This document shows, piece after piece, positions 1 through 9,707 of a stretch of 64,000 nucleotides of DNA. The notes below the pieces were generated by a model, which made no database searches, was not told the DNA's origin, and was given only the letters and a program-made list of their open reading frames with translations. The stretch is from contig DAIDHL010000006.1 in the NCBI GenBank assembly GCA_027459745.1, positions 19,578 to 83,577 of the forward strand. The letters are read 5' to 3'. Position numbers and translations under genes: made by a program. The stretch is from Candidatus Levyibacteriota bacterium (GTDB lineage: Bacteria > Patescibacteriota > Microgenomatia > Levybacterales > UBA12049). Every line of letters starts with the position of its first letter. Positions within the stretch are counted from its first letter, which is position 1.

Positions 1-749
1 AATCTTTCTTTTTGAACTCTTGTCCAATATAAAAAATCTGCCTCTTTGGGCAGATCGTTAATATTACTAACTTCAATTAATTTAATGTTTCTTTGGCTAA
101 ATAAGTTAAAATCATCTTTGGATAATTTTAACTCTTTAGGAGAGAGTAAATAAATAATATTATTCTTAAATAAACTTAAACCCCTAATTAAAGAATGGAT
201 TGTTCTTCCATTTAATAAATCACCTGCCATAATGCCGGTGAGATTATTTAATCTTTTATGTTTGTCATAGATGGTCATTAAGTCAAGTAGAGCCTGTGTA
301 GGATGTTCACCAATACCATCTCCGGCATTAAAAACAGGCACAAACTCTGCCGCATCAGCCGCCTTTTGCACGCTTCCTTGTTCATTATGTCTAATTACAA
401 TAGCATCAGTGTATGCTTCTAAAACACGAATGGTATCTTCCAGAGTTTCTCCTTTGGAAACCGAAGAAAAAGTCTTGGGATCATGTACTTCTAAAGTTTG
501 TCCTCCCAGTTGTTTTACAGCTGCCGCAAAGGAATTAAAAGTACGACTGGAAGGTTCATAGAAAATGATTGCCACAATTTTGCCGGCCAGATTTTTGGCT
601 GGTTTGGCACCAAGCGCAATTCTTTTCATTTGTTGAGTCTTTTTATATAGAGCTAATATGTCTTTAGAAGTAAACTGATCGAGGGATAGAATATCTTTAC
701 CTTTATATTTTCCGTTTATCTTTATTAATCCAGAGTCGTGATTTGACAT
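1..749 (-). CDS. pyrB: aspartate carbamoyltransferase catalytic subunit (runs off the window start)
   Basis: Manual minus-strand translation from ATG at 749 gives FYEPSSRT and NAGDGIGEHPTQALLD, the ATCase signature motifs. Missing from the ORF track because it is truncated by the window edge. Confidence 0.93.
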   Translation of the reverse strand, partial: MSNHDSGLIKINGKYKGKDILSLDQFTSKDILALYKKTQQMKRIALGAKPAKNLAGKIVAIIFYEPSSRTFNSFAAAVKQLGGQTLEVHDPKTFSSVSKGETLEDTIRVLEAYTDAIVIRHNEQGSVQKAADAAEFVPVFNAGDGIGEHPTQALLDLMTIYDKHKRLNNLTGIMAGDLLNGRTIHSLIRGLSLFKNNIIYLLSPKELKLSKDDFNLFSQRNIKLIEVSNINDLPKEADFLYWTRVQKER

Positions 750-838
750 AATATTTGACTTCTGGGATTTAAGTCTATAGATAATAAAATCTTTTGTCAA
801 TGTCCAATTTGGTTTTTTGTTTTATAATATTAAAACAT

Positions 839-1846
839 ATGAATTACAAATATGATAAATCATTTATTGGTGGGAGCTTCGATCATTTACATATTGGTCA
901 TCACAAACTAATACACAAAGCTTTTAAAGATAGTTATTTTGTTACGATTGGTTTAACTTCTGATGAAATGATAGCAAATAAAAAATTTGCTAAATCTTTA
1001 GAGAATTACGATCTCAGATATAGAACGTTATTTAATTATCTAAACCAATATGAATATTCTCATCGGTTTAAAATAATTAAACTTACAGATATTTATGGAA
1101 CTACACTACGTGATAAAGATAGTCAGGCAATATTTGTTACTGAACAAACGAAGTTTAATGCGCAATTAATCAATAAACAAAGAAATAAATTAGGTATGCA
1201 GGAGTTACTGATTGTTGAAGTAGAATTTGTAAGAGGAGATGATGATAAAGTTGTATCATCAGAAAGAATTAGAAGTGGAGAAATTAATACTAGAGGTGAG
1301 TCGTACATTGAATTTTATAAAAAATTCAATGTAGATTTATTTTTACCGGATAATTTAAGACATGAATTAATAAATCCTTTTGGTGAAATTGTTAAAGATT
1401 TCGCTACTTTTAAGCAGAGTATTGAAAAAGTAGACTTTCTGGTAACAGTAGGTGATATTGTCTCTGCAGACTTTATTAAAAACAATTTTCAAGCATCAAT
1501 AAGTGTTATCGACCTAAAGACAAGAAGACAAAATATATATAAGAGTTATTTTGAAAAATACTTTACTATTTTACCCAAGATTAAGTTGTCTAATCCAGCC
1601 GGCGTGATTAAATTTTCTACCGCTTTGAGTATCCAAAGATATATTCAGAATTTCTTAAATAATAAAATAAAGAAAATAATCGTAATTAACGGTGAAGAAG
1701 ACTTATTGGCTTTGCCATTTATACTTTTTTCTCCATTAGAAAGCATAATAATTTATGGTATTCATGATAAAGGGATGGCCATTGTGGAAGTCAACGTTGA
1801 CACGAAGGAAAAGGTTAAACAACTCCTGGCCAGATTTTACAGGTAA
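839..1846 (+). CDS. coaD: fusion of archaeal/eukaryote-type phosphopantetheine adenylyltransferase and DUF359-type GTP-dependent dephospho-CoA kinase
   Basis: N-terminal GGSFDHLHIGH (HxGH) and VSSERIR; C-terminal VTVGDIVS, DLKTRR, NPAG and GEEDLLALP motifs of DUF359. ATG at 839 preferred over 794. Confidence 0.85.
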   Translation: MNYKYDKSFIGGSFDHLHIGHHKLIHKAFKDSYFVTIGLTSDEMIANKKFAKSLENYDLRYRTLFNYLNQYEYSHRFKIIKLTDIYGTTLRDKDSQAIFVTEQTKFNAQLINKQRNKLGMQELLIVEVEFVRGDDDKVVSSERIRSGEINTRGESYIEFYKKFNVDLFLPDNLRHELINPFGEIVKDFATFKQSIEKVDFLVTVGDIVSADFIKNNFQASISVIDLKTRRQNIYKSYFEKYFTILPKIKLSNPAGVIKFSTALSIQRYIQNFLNNKIKKIIVINGEEDLLALPFILFSPLESIIIYGIHDKGMAIVEVNVDTKEKVKQLLARFYR

Positions 1847-1904
1847 TATTTAATTCGATATGCCTCTTGACAGTAGAGTAAATACTGTTCTAATCTGGTA
1901 ATAG

Positions 1905-2342
1905 ATGAAGAAGAAATCTGTGAAAAAACCAAATAAATCAGTAAGGACTCCTACAAAAAACAAAGGTTTAAATTGGAGTTGGCAACGCATAACAGTTGTC
2001 ATATCAGGAATTGCCTTGTTTTTAGTTATTCTTACTCCCCTACATCGTCCTGTGGTTAATAGCGTGTTAGGAGTAAGTATTGTTAAGGGTATGTATCAGG
2101 AATCGGTTGTTCCTTTACCCAAAGTTTCTGGAGCGGTAAAGTATAATATTTATTATAAGTCCTCAGCAGATTCAACCTTTGTCAATGCAGTTCGAAATGT
2201 TAACCCTCGATTGGTAGATTACACAATTACATATCTTAAAATGAATACTGGTTACCAATATAAGATCTCCGCGGTAAATAATAAAGGCGCAGAGTTTTGG
2301 TGGTCCCCTACCACCAATATGACAAATCTTCAGTCGATGTAG
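1905..2342 (+). CDS. membrane-anchored protein with fibronectin type III-like domain
   Basis: Basic N-terminus, TM helix, then GAVKYNIYY...YTITYL...YQYKISAVN (FN3 pattern). Confidence 0.6.
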   Translation: MKKKSVKKPNKSVRTPTKNKGLNWSWQRITVVISGIALFLVILTPLHRPVVNSVLGVSIVKGMYQESVVPLPKVSGAVKYNIYYKSSADSTFVNAVRNVNPRLVDYTITYLKMNTGYQYKISAVNNKGAEFWWSPTTNMTNLQSM

Positions 2343-2390
2343 CTTTAATGATGGGCTTGCAAATTTTTATATATTCCCTACACTAATCTA

Positions 2391-2762
2391 GTGAAAATAA
2401 AAGAACTAAGTACTTTAGAAAAAGAAATAATGTCTTATATTTGGCAATATAAAAGCTGTACAGTTGCGCAAATTCATCAGAACCTTAAAGATAAGTATGC
2501 ATATACAACAATTGCTACAATTACCAATCGATTGCTTGACAAAGGAGTCTTAATCCGCCGTAAACATGAGCGTGGATTTAAATACTTACCTAAAGTTTCT
2601 GAAGTACAGTATGCAAAAAAAATCGCTCGGTCCTTGATCTCGTCTTTTTTATCAACTTACGGTGAATCTGCTTTTGTGTCCTTTGCCGAAGGAATTGATG
2701 AATTGCCCCAAAAACAAAAAAAACATTTACTATCCATTCTAAAGTTAAAAAATAAAAAATAA
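2391..2762 (+). CDS. BlaI/MecI/CopY family transcriptional repressor
   Basis: LSTLEKEIMSYIW, AYTTIATITNRLLDKG, FKYLP winged-helix pattern; adjacent to an M56 peptidase. Confidence 0.9.
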   Translation: MKIKELSTLEKEIMSYIWQYKSCTVAQIHQNLKDKYAYTTIATITNRLLDKGVLIRRKHERGFKYLPKVSEVQYAKKIARSLISSFLSTYGESAFVSFAEGIDELPQKQKKHLLSILKLKNKK

Positions 2763-2763
2763 T

Positions 2764-3705
2764 ATGCTTTTACTTATTATTGTGCTTGCATTATTAGCAG
2801 GTATAATTGTCTATTTTATCTCAACCAATTTGCTTTCATTGATTTTTTATCATGCTGTTTATTATTGTGCGAACGTAATCCATAATTTTATTATTCCATT
2901 TCCAAATATTATGACATTAACCATCGTTTTTATTATAGGATTGTATTTTTTGTGGATTATCGTTAACTTACTTTTATTTTCATTTAACACATTAAATCTT
3001 GTAGTATTTTCTACAAGAAATATTAATACTGAATTAAGTTACGTTAAAAAGTTAGAATTATATGGAATTGATAAAAATACCATATTATTAAACAGTAATA
3101 GTCTTCAAGCTTTTTGTTTTGGTTTTTTTAATCCTAAAATATACATATCAACAAAAATCTTAGATACTTTTAACAGATCGGAAATAATGGCGATCTGGTT
3201 TCACGAAAATTATCACAGAACTAACTATCATTCATTTAAGAGAGTTATTCGTAATTTTGCAATTTTATTTACGCCTGTTTTTCCATTAATAAAAGATTTA
3301 GCCAAAGAGCAGATGATTAAAGATGAGATTTTAGCAGATAAAGCAGTACTTAAGCATTTAAAAAAAGACTATTTGATATCTTCACTGAAAAAATTAATAA
3401 TCTCAGTTGATTATCCTACTTCAGTTACTTTTTTTGCAGCCTATGATACTTTGTTGCAAAGGATTAATTCAATTAACGAAGTTAAAATTTCTAAAACAGA
3501 TTACGTGAAGTCAACTATTTTTAGCGTTGTTAGCTTATTTGTTTTATTGACTATATGTACTTCTTTAGTTCAGGCGAAAACGATTAATAGTTTTAAATGT
3601 ACAAATAAAGAGTGTTTAACAGTCTGTAAAAATTCCAATTTAAAAATACCTTATTTAAATAATGTTTCTCTACCTATTTCGATACTATACTCTCCCAAGA
3701 GTTGA
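2764..3705 (+). CDS. M56 family (BlaR1/MecR1-like) membrane metallopeptidase without penicillin-binding domain
   Basis: AFCFGFFNPKIYIS, HENYH (HExxH), EILAD; TM helices; short Cys-rich C-terminus. Confidence 0.85.
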   Translation: MLLLIIVLALLAGIIVYFISTNLLSLIFYHAVYYCANVIHNFIIPFPNIMTLTIVFIIGLYFLWIIVNLLLFSFNTLNLVVFSTRNINTELSYVKKLELYGIDKNTILLNSNSLQAFCFGFFNPKIYISTKILDTFNRSEIMAIWFHENYHRTNYHSFKRVIRNFAILFTPVFPLIKDLAKEQMIKDEILADKAVLKHLKKDYLISSLKKLIISVDYPTSVTFFAAYDTLLQRINSINEVKISKTDYVKSTIFSVVSLFVLLTICTSLVQAKTINSFKCTNKECLTVCKNSNLKIPYLNNVSLPISILYSPKS

Positions 3706-3740
3706 TACACTTTGATAGATTGACACATCTTCAAATTATT

Positions 3741-3757
3741 TACTACACTATGTAGTA
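3741..3757 (+). promoter_or_regulatory. palindromic BlaI-type operator overlapping the dsbA -10 box and start codon
   Basis: TACTACA-CTA-TGTAGTA perfect 7-bp inverted repeat; TTGACA at 3720-3725 and TACACT at 3744-3749. Confidence 0.65.
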
Positions 3758-4521
3758 TGCCAAGAGTAAATAAAGAAATTAACTTAGTTGAGGAACCAAA
3801 ATTGAAACAGCCTCTGTTACCTAAATTTGGCTACACACAAATTTTAGTAGTATTGCTAGTTATCTCTTCATATTTTCTGGGTGTATATTCCACTCAATTA
3901 AAAGATGTACAAGCTAATCCTTCTGCAGTGCAAGGTGCCACTGCACAAGCTGCGGTTGTTTCTCCTACTCCCGGCAAAGTAAATGTTGGTTTAGGATATT
4001 ATCCAATTAAAGGTAACAAAAATGCAAAGGTGACGTTGGTAGAATTTGGTGATTTGCGTTGTCCATTTTGCGAACAATGGTACACGAGTGTTGAGAGTCA
4101 GTTGATGAAAGATTATGTGGATACAGGTAAAGTTAAATTTGCCTTTAGAGATTATGCGTTTTTAGGACCGGCATCTGATACTGCCGCAAATGCAGTTGCA
4201 TGTGCAAATGAGCAAGGAAAGTTTTGGGAAATGGAAGATTATTTCTATAAAAATCAACCTCCAGAAACTGATACGTCCATGTATACAGTCGATAATTTAA
4301 CTCAAGTAGCTGGTACATTGGGAATGGATACAAATCAATTTCAATCCTGCTTGAGCTCTACCAAATATAGCTCTCAGATTGCAAGTGATTTGTCTGATGG
4401 GCAGAAAGCAGGAGTAAGTGGTACTCCCACAATATTTATTGATGGAATCCCAATCGTGGGAGCTCAGCCTTATTCAGCTTTTAAAACAGTTATTGATCAG
4501 GAGCTCGCCAAAAAATCATAG
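3757..4521 (+). CDS. DsbA-family thiol:disulfide oxidoreductase, membrane anchored
   Basis: EFGDLRCPFC (CxxC), GVSGTPT cis-Pro loop, GAQPY. Confidence 0.9.
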   Translation: MPRVNKEINLVEEPKLKQPLLPKFGYTQILVVLLVISSYFLGVYSTQLKDVQANPSAVQGATAQAAVVSPTPGKVNVGLGYYPIKGNKNAKVTLVEFGDLRCPFCEQWYTSVESQLMKDYVDTGKVKFAFRDYAFLGPASDTAANAVACANEQGKFWEMEDYFYKNQPPETDTSMYTVDNLTQVAGTLGMDTNQFQSCLSSTKYSSQIASDLSDGQKAGVSGTPTIFIDGIPIVGAQPYSAFKTVIDQELAKKS

Positions 4522-4548
4522 TCCTCCTAAGGTTTAAAGTACTGAAAC

Positions 4549-5115
4549 ATGCGTGAGATATTTTTACGAAAATCATTCATCTTTTCTACAAGTATTATTA
4601 CTTTTATATATTTAGTCATAACTGTTTGGCTGATGAATTTGCAGTTAGTAGGATTTACACTAACAGCCAGCTATCCTTTAAGCGCAAAATTTCTAATATT
4701 GTATTCATTGCTAGGTGGTCTATTTACTTCTATGACTCCATTTAGTTTGTTTTTATTATTTTTGTCTGCTTTGCTTACGGGAGCGAATTTAACATTAATT
4801 TATCAAAAGATCAGTTTTTTACGCCAGTTAGGAAATCTTAAACTTACAGTAGGAGGAGGATTGGTCCTGGGAATAGTTGGATCTGGATGTAGTGCATGTG
4901 GTTTACCAGTACTCTCTCTCTTTGGTTTAACGGGTAGCGTGGCATTTTTACCCTTGCAAGGAGGAGAACTAGCCTTTATATCTGTGATAATGTTAGCAGT
5001 CTCACTTTATTTTCTTGCTAAAAGTGTCAACAAGATGAGCTGTGATCTTTCCCAAGCTATTACACCCCTGCCATCCTCGAGAAAAAAGCCTACTTATAAG
5101 ACAAAGCAAACATAA
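4549..5115 (+). CDS. multi-pass membrane protein with CxxC motif
   Basis: About 4 TM helices; GSGCSACG motif; directly downstream of DsbA. Confidence 0.7.
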   Translation: MREIFLRKSFIFSTSIITFIYLVITVWLMNLQLVGFTLTASYPLSAKFLILYSLLGGLFTSMTPFSLFLLFLSALLTGANLTLIYQKISFLRQLGNLKLTVGGGLVLGIVGSGCSACGLPVLSLFGLTGSVAFLPLQGGELAFISVIMLAVSLYFLAKSVNKMSCDLSQAITPLPSSRKKPTYKTKQT

Positions 5116-5143
5116 TATGCTACTATTTATTTAGCTAGATATT

Positions 5144-5698
5144 ATGCGCAAAAGTTTCTTTTATTTATTCTTTTGTGAAGCGTTTTTAGTAAGCATCTTA
5201 TATCTTACTATTTATATTGTTGTTCAACAGGTGGTACGTCAATCAGCCAATAGTCCTCAGATCCAAATGGCTGAAGATACTGCGTATGGACTTTCCAATG
5301 GACAGAGTCCAGAAATTTTACTAAATACACCCAGAATCAATCCACTTCAATCTTTGGCACCTTTTACGATTGTGTATGACATTAAAGGTAATGTTTTATC
5401 AACTACGCTTTCGTCTAGTGTGTATTTGCCTGAAATACCCAAGGGAGTGTTGGAGTATGTTCAAGCAAGAGCTGAAGATAGATTTACTTGGCAACCAAAA
5501 TCGAATCTAAGAATAGCAGCTGTAATGACGGAATATGTTAGCAAAAATGGTGGAGGATTCGTGTTAGTTGGAAGGTCTTTAAGAGAAGTAGAAAATTTAG
5601 AGTCATATTTAGAGAATATTGTGGGCACGACCTGGATTATGTCCCTGATTTTGATATTCATATTTACAAGAATTTATTTTGGTAAAAAAAATAATTAA
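5144..5698 (+). CDS. two-TM protein with extracytoplasmic sensor-like (PAS/Cache-like) domain
   Basis: Two flanking TM helices; VYDIKGNVL and GFVLVGRSLREVE resemble a histidine-kinase sensor region but no kinase domain follows. Confidence 0.5.
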   Translation: MRKSFFYLFFCEAFLVSILYLTIYIVVQQVVRQSANSPQIQMAEDTAYGLSNGQSPEILLNTPRINPLQSLAPFTIVYDIKGNVLSTTLSSSVYLPEIPKGVLEYVQARAEDRFTWQPKSNLRIAAVMTEYVSKNGGGFVLVGRSLREVENLESYLENIVGTTWIMSLILIFIFTRIYFGKKNN

Positions 5699-5700
5699 CT

Positions 5701-6384
5701 ATGGAAGAAGACCAATCTCCTTTTAAAATTGAACTAGAAAACGTAATTTCTCAAGTTAAAGTCTTTTTGAAGAAGCCTATTTTTATAGGTCTGTCAATTC
5801 TTTTTATCATATCTTTAGCTTCAACTTATTATATTCTCTTTATGTGGAATGCTAAACCTTCTATGTCCAAGACTAATAGCGCTAATTTTGTCTTACCATC
5901 TGTGCCAGATGTCTCCCCTTCATTATCACCAAGTTTTACTCCTACACCAACAGCTTCAGCTACACCAACCCCAGTTTCTGCTTCAGATCCAACGAGTAAG
6001 TGGAGTACTTTTACCAATTCGGTATATCGTTATTCCATAAAATATCCGCCTGGATGGGTTGCTGGTTATATTAATTCTACTGACCCCTTAATTCCAAACT
6101 TTGTGAGTATTAACCCATCGACTGCATCGGCCAGCTTAAACTCGATTACTATTTCTTATACAACTAGAACAGCAGCCCAATTAGCTGCAATATATGGAAC
6201 TAGTTCCGCGACTCTTACTATCGCAACTCAATCGGCGAGTGAGTATGATCAGCAGGACTCAAGTGGCAATAAATCTGTTTCTATAATCTTGGAAGAACCC
6301 ACTTATGCTTACGTGTTTTACGCTATGGATCAATATAAGACTCTATTGCTACAAATGCTTTCAACCTTGATACTTAATCCCTAA
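5701..6384 (+). CDS. membrane-anchored exported protein with S/T/P-rich linker
   Basis: TM helix, PTPT linker, WSTFTNSVYRYSIKYPPGW (PsbP-like start). Confidence 0.55.
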   Translation: MEEDQSPFKIELENVISQVKVFLKKPIFIGLSILFIISLASTYYILFMWNAKPSMSKTNSANFVLPSVPDVSPSLSPSFTPTPTASATPTPVSASDPTSKWSTFTNSVYRYSIKYPPGWVAGYINSTDPLIPNFVSINPSTASASLNSITISYTTRTAAQLAAIYGTSSATLTIATQSASEYDQQDSSGNKSVSIILEEPTYAYVFYAMDQYKTLLLQMLSTLILNP

Positions 6385-6386
6385 TT

Positions 6387-7136
6387 CTATACAAAACGAG
6401 TAACAATAAAAATAAAAATTACTCCTGTCAAAGTTAACGCTATCATTTTGTATGAATTGTTCTGACTATACGCTTCTGGCAACAAGTCACTTGCTCCTAT
6501 ATAGAGTAAAAATCCAGCAAAAAAGCCAAGATATAGCTGTAACCAGTCACTAGGAATTGTGAAAAGAAAAGTTGAAGCTACTCCTAATATTGGAGTTATT
6601 GCGTCTGCCAACAAAAATTTAAATGCACTTCTGACGTTATTTTTGTTTGATAGCATTAAGGTTACAGTATTTAAACCGTCTGAAAAATCATGAGCAACTA
6701 CGGCAATAGCAATTAAAAATCCGATATGTGGACTTACCTGGAAACCCAAACCAATTCCTACCCCATCTAAAAAGCTATGAAAGGATAATCCTGATGCACC
6801 TAAGATACCAATTGTGGGATGTTTGTGATCAATATGTTGATGCTCACAGTAACCATCTTCTTGATGAATATGTGTATGATGCAGCAAAACAGTTTTTTCC
6901 AAAATGTGGAAAAATAAAAACCCAAATACTAAAGCAATAAATGCGTTGATTACAGCTAAATTCTTTTCTGCACTTATAGAAACAATTTCTGGCATAATGT
7001 CAAAAAAACATACTGCAATTAACACGCCAGCAGTAAAGCTCATAATCAAATACAGTCTGTCTTTATGTCTTATACCGAAAAGTCCTCCCGACATGGTCGA
7101 TATAAATGTAAACATAGAGAGTAAAATTGCTTCCAT
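6387..7136 (-). CDS. ZIP family metal (zinc) transporter
   Basis: His-rich loop HHTHIH, HSFLDG, HDFSDG, LLPEA motifs. Confidence 0.9.
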   Translation of the reverse strand: MEAILLSMFTFISTMSGGLFGIRHKDRLYLIMSFTAGVLIAVCFFDIMPEIVSISAEKNLAVINAFIALVFGFLFFHILEKTVLLHHTHIHQEDGYCEHQHIDHKHPTIGILGASGLSFHSFLDGVGIGLGFQVSPHIGFLIAIAVVAHDFSDGLNTVTLMLSNKNNVRSAFKFLLADAITPILGVASTFLFTIPSDWLQLYLGFFAGFLLYIGASDLLPEAYSQNNSYKMIALTLTGVIFIFIVTRFV

Positions 7137-7138
7137 AG

Positions 7139-7561
7139 TTATTTTTGACAGTTGTTACAAGTCCCGTAAAATTCTAAGGCATGGCTTTTAATAACAAACT
7201 TTTTCTTTTTGGAAATTTCATCTTGAAAATCTTCAATTTTACAGTCCGAAATATCTTCAATCTTTCCACAAACGTTGCAAATTAAGTGGTGATGTTCTCC
7301 CCGAGCAGCAAGTTCATAACGAAATTTATTTTCATGTAACTGAATTTGTCTTGTTAGACCTTTTTGTGTAAAAGCATTTACAATACGAAATACAGTGGCA
7401 TTATCTGCTGTAATATTTCTCTTTTGCAGATAATCGATCATAGTTTGTACATCCAGAGGTTCTAAGGAATTTTCAAATAGCTCCATTAAAGCGATACGGG
7501 CAGGTGTGGCACGCAGTTGAGCATCATTTAACTCTGATTTACAATCGTGTTTGTTTAACAT
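7139..7561 (-). CDS. Fur family transcriptional regulator (Zur-like)
   Basis: TPARIA, ATVFR, HHHLICNVCG, YGTCNNC; co-transcribed with ZIP transporter. Confidence 0.9.
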   Translation of the reverse strand: MLNKHDCKSELNDAQLRATPARIALMELFENSLEPLDVQTMIDYLQKRNITADNATVFRIVNAFTQKGLTRQIQLHENKFRYELAARGEHHHLICNVCGKIEDISDCKIEDFQDEISKKKKFVIKSHALEFYGTCNNCQK

Positions 7562-7567
7562 AGTATT

Positions 7568-7613
7568 TGCGATAGACTTGCGTTAGTATATGCGATCAGA
7601 TTGCATTTGTCAA
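7568..7613 (-). promoter_or_regulatory. sigma70 promoter of the fur-ZIP operon with two Fur-family-like boxes
   Basis: Minus-strand TTGACA (7613-7608), N17, TATACT (7590-7585); palindrome ATGCGATC-A-GATTGCAT at 7590-7606 and a related copy TGCGATAGACTTGCG at 7568-7582. Confidence 0.65.
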
Positions 7614-7619
7614 CGTGTA

Positions 7620-9656
7620 TTATTGTCCTGCTACATGTGGTTCACGTAAGAAAAGGTTTAAATCAGCATAATTTACCTTGCCGTCGTCATTTAAATCAGC
7701 ACTTGTTAAGTTTGATCCAGAACATTTGGAATTTGTGAAATCACTATAACAATTTAATAGTAAGTTATAGTCTTGTAAGTCTATAACATTATCCCCGTTA
7801 ATGTCTCCTGCGATTAGATTAACAATAGGTAGAGTAGATGCTTGACCATCTGTAATGTTTAAATCATTGCTGGCTATCTTTTGTAAATATCGATCTGTTT
7901 TAACCTTTATTTCGTAATTTCCTGTCGCAATATTACCCATATCACACGGGGCTTGAGGTGAAGTAGTAAATGTTCCGCTAATCGAGTCATAATGAACTAG
8001 ACAGGTTGTGGTATTAATTATTGTTTGACCTTGTAAAACTGTTACTTTTAAATCTCGTGTATTTGTGACTGGATTTTTATTGCTGAAATTATAGCTATTT
8101 GGGTTTGCGTTATCTCCGGCGGATCCAATGCCGTCTAAGAGTATTTTGAGGTTAATGTACGCATCAGTACTTTTTATGCTAACTGTAGGAATAGGAGTTA
8201 TAGTAGGCGACAAACCTGAACTAGGAGAGGGAGAACATGCCTGTAAAGCCTTATAGGCATTAACACGAGGCCCAATGGGATATTGAGAAGAAGTATTTAC
8301 TGGGTCTGCATTATTTACCAAGCAATTTCTTATTTGCTGGATCGACAAACTAGGGTTGTTGGCTAGTAATAGCGCTGCGACACCGGCAACATGCGGAGCT
8401 GCCATAGAAGTGCCTTGTGAAAAAAGATAGTTAGTTTTATAAACCAGGTTAGCTGGGCATACTTCGCCAGTAGGGCTGCATTGAGAGGCCTTTAAGGATA
8501 ATATGCCATCAGCGGCATTCAGGGTAGATGAGATATCTCCTCCAGGGGCTGAGATTACTACATTGCTGCCGTAATCAGAATAACTTGCTCGGCTGTCAGT
8601 TTTGCTAGTAGCACCAACAGTTAAAACATTATTACATGAAGCTGGAGAAACATTAGCTGAATTAGATAATACTACCTGATTTGTTTGCTGGTTATATGTT
8701 CCATTTCCTGCTGCCGCAATAACCAAAATTCCCGCCTGAGCAGCTGTGTTTATGGTATCTTGCAAGACCTGGTCAGAACTACAAGGATTAGGGGAGGCAT
8801 CAGAGCCTTCGCCTAAACTTAAGTTAATAATATTTGCACCGTCTGCTACTGCTTGCTGTATACCGGCAATGACATTCGATGTTGAACCTTGTCCACTGCT
8901 GTCAATTACTTTAATGGCTAATAATTTTACCTTCCAGTCAATACCACTGATGCCTAAATTGTTGTTACTTGAAGCAGCAATAATTCCCGCTACGTGAGTG
9001 CCATGGCCAAAATCGTCCATAGGATCCATGGTGCCAGTTATAAAGTTCTTCCCCTTAATTATATTCGTCCCAGCAAAATCGGGGTTATTGTAGTCAATAC
9101 CCGAGTCAATTACAGCGACTGTTACATTTGTCGAGCCTTCAGTAATACCCCATGCATCAGGCATATCAATTTTTTGTAAATTCCATTGTAAACTTGAATA
9201 ATATGGATCATTGGGAGTAACAGAAAAACTATGCATATAATAATTAGGTTGTACTGCCTTTATGATGCTTGATTGTTGTTTTAAATCCTGAATAGCTTGG
9301 TTGATATCAGATCCTTGTTTTAAGGTAACAACATAATGGGTTTGCCATTTTGAATTACTGGATAACGGCGTGACAGATAATGCTCCTATTTTTTGATTAA
9401 GTGAATTTATTTGTGATTGTATCTTATATGCACTCTCTAAAGATGTTTCCTGGAAAGCTGATTGAGTTGAGTTTTGGGATTGATTATTAATAACCTGTTG
9501 TACCTGTTGAGGGGCGGAACCATCTTGGTATTCAACCAGGACCTGATTAGGTACATATGGGGTTTGTGCATAAACGGATTGAGAAGTAGCCGAGAATAAA
9601 AAAAACACTAATAAACCCGCAAGTATCTTAACTTGATTAAAAAAAAGCTTTCTCAT
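7620..9656 (-). CDS. secreted S8 subtilisin-like serine protease with C-terminal dockerin-type domain
   Basis: VAVIDSG, HGTHVAG, GTSMAAPHVAG catalytic triad; GDINGDNVIDLQDY...ADLNDDGKVNYADL dockerin repeats. Confidence 0.92.
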   Translation of the reverse strand: MRKLFFNQVKILAGLLVFFLFSATSQSVYAQTPYVPNQVLVEYQDGSAPQQVQQVINNQSQNSTQSAFQETSLESAYKIQSQINSLNQKIGALSVTPLSSNSKWQTHYVVTLKQGSDINQAIQDLKQQSSIIKAVQPNYYMHSFSVTPNDPYYSSLQWNLQKIDMPDAWGITEGSTNVTVAVIDSGIDYNNPDFAGTNIIKGKNFITGTMDPMDDFGHGTHVAGIIAASSNNNLGISGIDWKVKLLAIKVIDSSGQGSTSNVIAGIQQAVADGANIINLSLGEGSDASPNPCSSDQVLQDTINTAAQAGILVIAAAGNGTYNQQTNQVVLSNSANVSPASCNNVLTVGATSKTDSRASYSDYGSNVVISAPGGDISSTLNAADGILSLKASQCSPTGEVCPANLVYKTNYLFSQGTSMAAPHVAGVAALLLANNPSLSIQQIRNCLVNNADPVNTSSQYPIGPRVNAYKALQACSPSPSSGLSPTITPIPTVSIKSTDAYINLKILLDGIGSAGDNANPNSYNFSNKNPVTNTRDLKVTVLQGQTIINTTTCLVHYDSISGTFTTSPQAPCDMGNIATGNYEIKVKTDRYLQKIASNDLNITDGQASTLPIVNLIAGDINGDNVIDLQDYNLLLNCYSDFTNSKCSGSNLTSADLNDDGKVNYADLNLFLREPHVAGQ

Positions 9657-9707
9657 AGGCTAATTCTAGTCTAGTGGGAAGACGAATGCTTTGCAAGGCA
9701 TCTAGGC

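Noticed and set aside
271-561. 96-aa plus-strand ORF
   Set aside because: Antisense shadow of pyrB. The same applies to most short ORFs nested opposite long genes (for example 11744, 14463, 16459, 20294, 42295, 58789).
2376-2393. Second BlaI operator at the blaI start (CCCTACACTAATCTAGTG)
   Set aside because: Resembles the 3741 palindrome but with different spacing and mismatches; too weak to call.
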